A stretch of DNA of 63,963 nucleotides, filler included, from Peribolospora baueri (Eukaryota): NCBI GenBank assembly GCA_029717555.1. It is 3 parts of 3 records of this genome, joined end to end, with 100 filler letters (N's around TTAATTAATTAA, not from the genome) between each part and the next. Parts side by side here need not be neighbours in the genome. Positions count along the whole stretch, not along the records: positions 59,970 to 63,963 come from JAMDHS010000207.1; 2 more parts are not named here. One strand, given 5' to 3'. The notes beneath the pieces are model-generated. The model searched no databases, was not told the DNA's origin, and worked only from the letters and a program-made list of their open reading frames with translations. Of the stretch, positions 60,277 to 63,963 are shown piece after piece. Position 1 is the first letter of the stretch, and each line of letters opens with the position of its first letter. A program made the position numbers and the translations under genes.

Positions 60277-60801
60277 TGAGGCGTTTTGCGTCAAGCTTGT
60301 CGGAGGGCCGGGTGGTGCGGACGAAAGGGCGCATGAGCCAGACACGCTGGCCAAGTTCGAGGGCGGCTTGGTACCGGCAACGGCTGGAAGAGGCCGAAGT
60401 TGCCGGAGGCTTCCGCACCGGGGCTGTCCACGGAGGTTGCGAGCGCATGCGCCGGGAGTGCGCCGCAGTCGCCGTCCGAGGCCGCTTCGGGGAAGCTCGG
60501 CCATGACGTTGGAGAAAGCCGCCAGAAGGTCGTGGAAACGGCTCTCTCCCGTTGGCGGTTGCCCAGCTGGACGGCCAGGCTCACGAGTCCGCTCAACGTC
60601 GTCGACAACTCCGTAACCCGCGACAGCTCATATGGTTTCCAGACAGCAGGGAGGGAGAAGCTAGGACGGATGGCCAAAGACAACTATGTACAGGAAGGCG
60701 CGGTTTATACATCGGACTATCGCCAGCTCGGAAGGTTCCGGTATAGGGAGATCCCGAGGTCGATTCCTGATACTCATTCAGAGACACCTACCGTGCCACG
60801 T

Positions 60802-63800
60802 CTAAGCTATACCCAATGCTTTCCGGCCATCCACGATAGTCAACAAGCCTGTGCCACCTCCGACGACCAATCGGCCACTGTGCGATGCTTGAGCAAATCC
60901 TCTATTTTCAGGTGGCATCCACCATTGTCTCCTGCCCCGGAAATCCTTCACCCATCCATAGCTGTCGACGGAGAGCAACTTCTGTTGCGCCGCTTCACCA
61001 CGTTCTTGGTTTTCCACGTCTTCGATATTAGATGGAATAGCAGCATCATTAGCCACCTTCCACACTCGGACTTCCCGCGACCTCGAGACGATCCGCTTCC
61101 CGTCCGGGGAGAAGGCGACCGAGCTGACCAGACTCGTGTGACCTTCGAGCGGTCTGCCGATCGCCTCGCCTGTCGACGCGTCCCACATCCGGAGGGTCTT
61201 GTCCACCGAACCAGAGACGATCCGCTTCCCGTCTGGGGAGAAGGCGACCGAGAGGACCCAACCCGTGTGACCTTCGAGCGGTCTGCCGATCGCTTCGCCC
61301 GTCGACGCGTCCCACATCCGGAGGGTGCTGTCGTCCGAACCAGAGACGATCCGCTTCCCGTCCCGGGAGAAGGCGACCGAGCGGACCCAATCCGTGTGAC
61401 CTTCGAGCGGTCTGCCGATCGCTTCGCCTGTCGACGCGTCCCAAATCCGGAGGGTGCTGTCGTCCGAACCAGAGACGATCCGCTTCCCGTCCCGGGAGAA
61501 GGCGACCGAGCGGACCGAATCCGTGTGACCTTCGAGCGGTCTGCCGATCGCTTCGCCTGTCGACGCGTCCCACATCCGGAGGGTGCTGTCCCACGAACCA
61601 GAGACGATCCGCTTCCCGTCCGGGGAGAAGGCGACCGACTCGACCGAATCCGTGTGACCTTCGAGCGGTCTGCCGATCGCCTCGTCTGTCGACGCGTCCC
61701 ACATCCGGAGGGTCTTGTCCACCGAACCAGAGACGATCCGCTTCCCGTCCGGGGAGAAGGCGACCGACTCGACCGAATCCGTGTGACCTTCGAGCGGTCT
61801 GCCGATCCCCTCGCCTGTCGACGCGTCCCACATCCGGAGGGTGTTGTCGTACGAACCAGAGACGATCCGCTTCCCGTCCCGGGAGAAGGCGACCGAGCGG
61901 ACCGAATCCGTGTGACCTTCGAGCGGTCTGCCGATCGCTTCGCCTGTCGACGCGTCCCACATCCGGAGGGTTTTGTCTCTCGAACCAGAGACGATCCGTT
62001 TCCCGTCTGGGGAGAAGGCGACCGACTCGACTGGACCCGTGTGACCTTCGAGCAGTCTGCCGATCGCCTCGCCCGTCGACGCGTCCCACATCCGGAGGGT
62101 GCTGTCGTCCGAACCAGAGACGATCCGCTTCCCGTCTGGGGAGAAGGCGACCGAGCGGACCCAATCCGTGTGACCTTCGAGCGGTCTGCCGATCGCTTCG
62201 CCTGTCGACGCGTCCCACATCCGGAGGGTGTTGTCGTACGAACCAGAGACGATCCGCTTCCCGTCTGGGGAGAAGGCGACCGACTCGACCGGACCCGTGT
62301 GACCTTCGAGCGGTCTGCCGATCGCCTCGCCCGTCGACGCGTCCCACATCCGGAGGGTGCTGTCCCGCGAACCAGAGACGATCCGCTTCCCGTCTGGGGA
62401 CAAAACGACCGACTCAATCGGACCCGTGTGACCCTCCAGGACATGCAAGCACGCAGTCCAGTGGGATGCTGTGCCCCTCAACACTTCTGGAGCCTGGCCG
62501 AATTGTGGTGCAAGGGTTTTATAAAGGATTGTTTCCTTCGGTGTAAAGGGGAGGGCCGATTTATAAGTATGAAGGGCGCTTTGGGTTATTGGATTTCGGA
62601 ACGTTTGCACGAAACGACGAGCATCGCGGACAAGTTGGCAGAGCTTTTCGTCTCCTGCGCTGTATGCCTGGAGAATGTGCGGCAACGTCAAAGATGATCG
62701 TAAGAGCTTCGAGCAGCCAATGAAGATAACTCACCTCGATCCATTGCGAGGCTAGTTCCAACGAGCGCAAAGACGAGCCGATGGCATCCAGCAGGCTCAT
62801 AGCCTCCACCCAGAAGAGAAGGCAGTCGAAGAAGAAGGACCTGACATGCTTGTAAAGATCGGCATCATACGATGGTACTCGCGACAGATGTTCTGCCCAG
62901 GAGACACAAGCGTAGCGTAGGTGGGTGGGTATATGAGTTTTGATCAGGGAGTGGAGATCTGGAACTTCAGAATTGGTCTTGGTGGTATCTCCAATGTTGC
63001 AGATATCCTGGCAAAGGAGTTCTTGCATAGTCATGAGAGAACGGAGAGCGAGATATCTGTTTTGCTCTGTCCTGTCGACCCAAAACCTCTCATCCTGGCA
63101 CCGAGACTTGTCAGTGAGGTAGTCGGCAAACGAAGGATGGATGATGCGGACGGTGCCGTCAGTGTCGTCATGACCATCCAAGACGGATCGAAGGCGATGA
63201 GTGACATCCTTGGACTTGAGAGGCCTCGTAGAACCCGGTGCGCGCAGATCGAGAACTTCGTCGAGGCTCGCTGGACTGAGGGGATACTGAAGCGTGATGA
63301 TGGCCCCCACAACTTGCCGAAAGGCCCAGAGATTTTGGTGATATATCTGGCGGGGATAGGCTTGGGTAAGGACGGTAAGATAAAGCCGATCGAGATCCGC
63401 CTCAGCAGAAGAGGCTGCAGACCCGCCTTCGAGCAAAAGTTCTAGTCCCTCCTCTGGACCGGGGCCATAGGGATCGCGAAGGAACTTGGCAGCCGTGCGG
63501 ACCCATATGAAAAGTCCCTGCGCTCGCTGGGCCAGGCGATCCCGGCGTTTCTGCCCGGGCCAGTCATCATCTTGCGACTGCTGTAAGGCGGTCTCATCCA
63601 TCTCACTCCTAACGTACAGAGCGATGTCGCGTACTGTATCCGAGTCGTCCGTGCGGAGGTTGCGGCGGGCGACAGAGTCGCGAAGGCTAGAGATGGTCGC
63701 CTCGACCTTATTGTCGGATCGGCTCGTGATGAACAGCTTGAAGAATTTTGGGAGCTCCGGTACCCCATGTTTGAGGACGGCGAGGAGATCGTCACGACCT

Positions 63801-63963
63801 TCCTCACACTCGTCCAAGGCGTCGAGAACGACGACAATGGGCTTGGCGGATCGGACGGTACGAAGAGGGGCGGCGAGCAGCTTCTCGAACTGGTTGGCGA
63901 CCGCTCCCTTGCCCGCATCGGGATCCTTCTTCAGCGCCGAGATGATTCTCTCGGTGAGGGAAC
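60802..63963 (-). CDS. NACHT-WD40 NLR (HET-E/HNWD-like), 5' end outside the window
   Basis: QFEKLL..P, IVVVLDALDEC (Walker B), LFITSR, AQGLFIW, IIHPSFADYLTD, LRYAC..W..H and LLFWVEAMSLL; intron 62668-62734; 11 WD40 units of 129 bp. Confidence 0.95.

Noticed and set aside
60400..62697. Long antisense and alternate-frame ORFs over the WD40 arrays (765, 498, 432, 381, 335 aa)
   Set aside because: A stop-free 129-bp unit repeated in tandem keeps all frames open; no independent coding signal.

Overview
Intron-rich, GC-rich fungal DNA, most likely from a basidiomycete. The window holds three contigs joined by artificial 100-bp spacers (44 N + TTAATTAATTAA + 44 N) at 29909-30008 and 59870-59969. 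Contig 1 (1-29908) is a chromosome end. It starts with a Kex2-processed repeat-peptide precursor gene, followed by core genes (RRM+Pumilio protein, HAT1, an acidic repeat protein, SFK1-like, CDC27). After these come a chromovirus LTR remnant and about 10 kb of rearranged gene pieces: an NmrA gene whose missing middle lies inverted 1.1 kb away, C2 and TPR pieces of a probable CHAT protease gene next to a gasdermin-like 3' half, a GMC oxidoreductase fragment and an APH kinase. The contig ends in (TTAGGG)17. Contig 2 (30009-59869) carries housekeeping genes (aspartic protease 3' end, GATase-like, RAD1/XPF, SDR, DOP1, URA3, NSA1, M50B peptidase), a small protein with a cysteine heptad repeat, a decayed DUF3435-like (Starship captain-type) tyrosine recombinase, a partial LTR and the WD40 end of a HET-E-like NLR. 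Contig 3 carries a paralogous NACHT-WD40 NLR. All family calls come from motif recognition by eye; no database searches were run.
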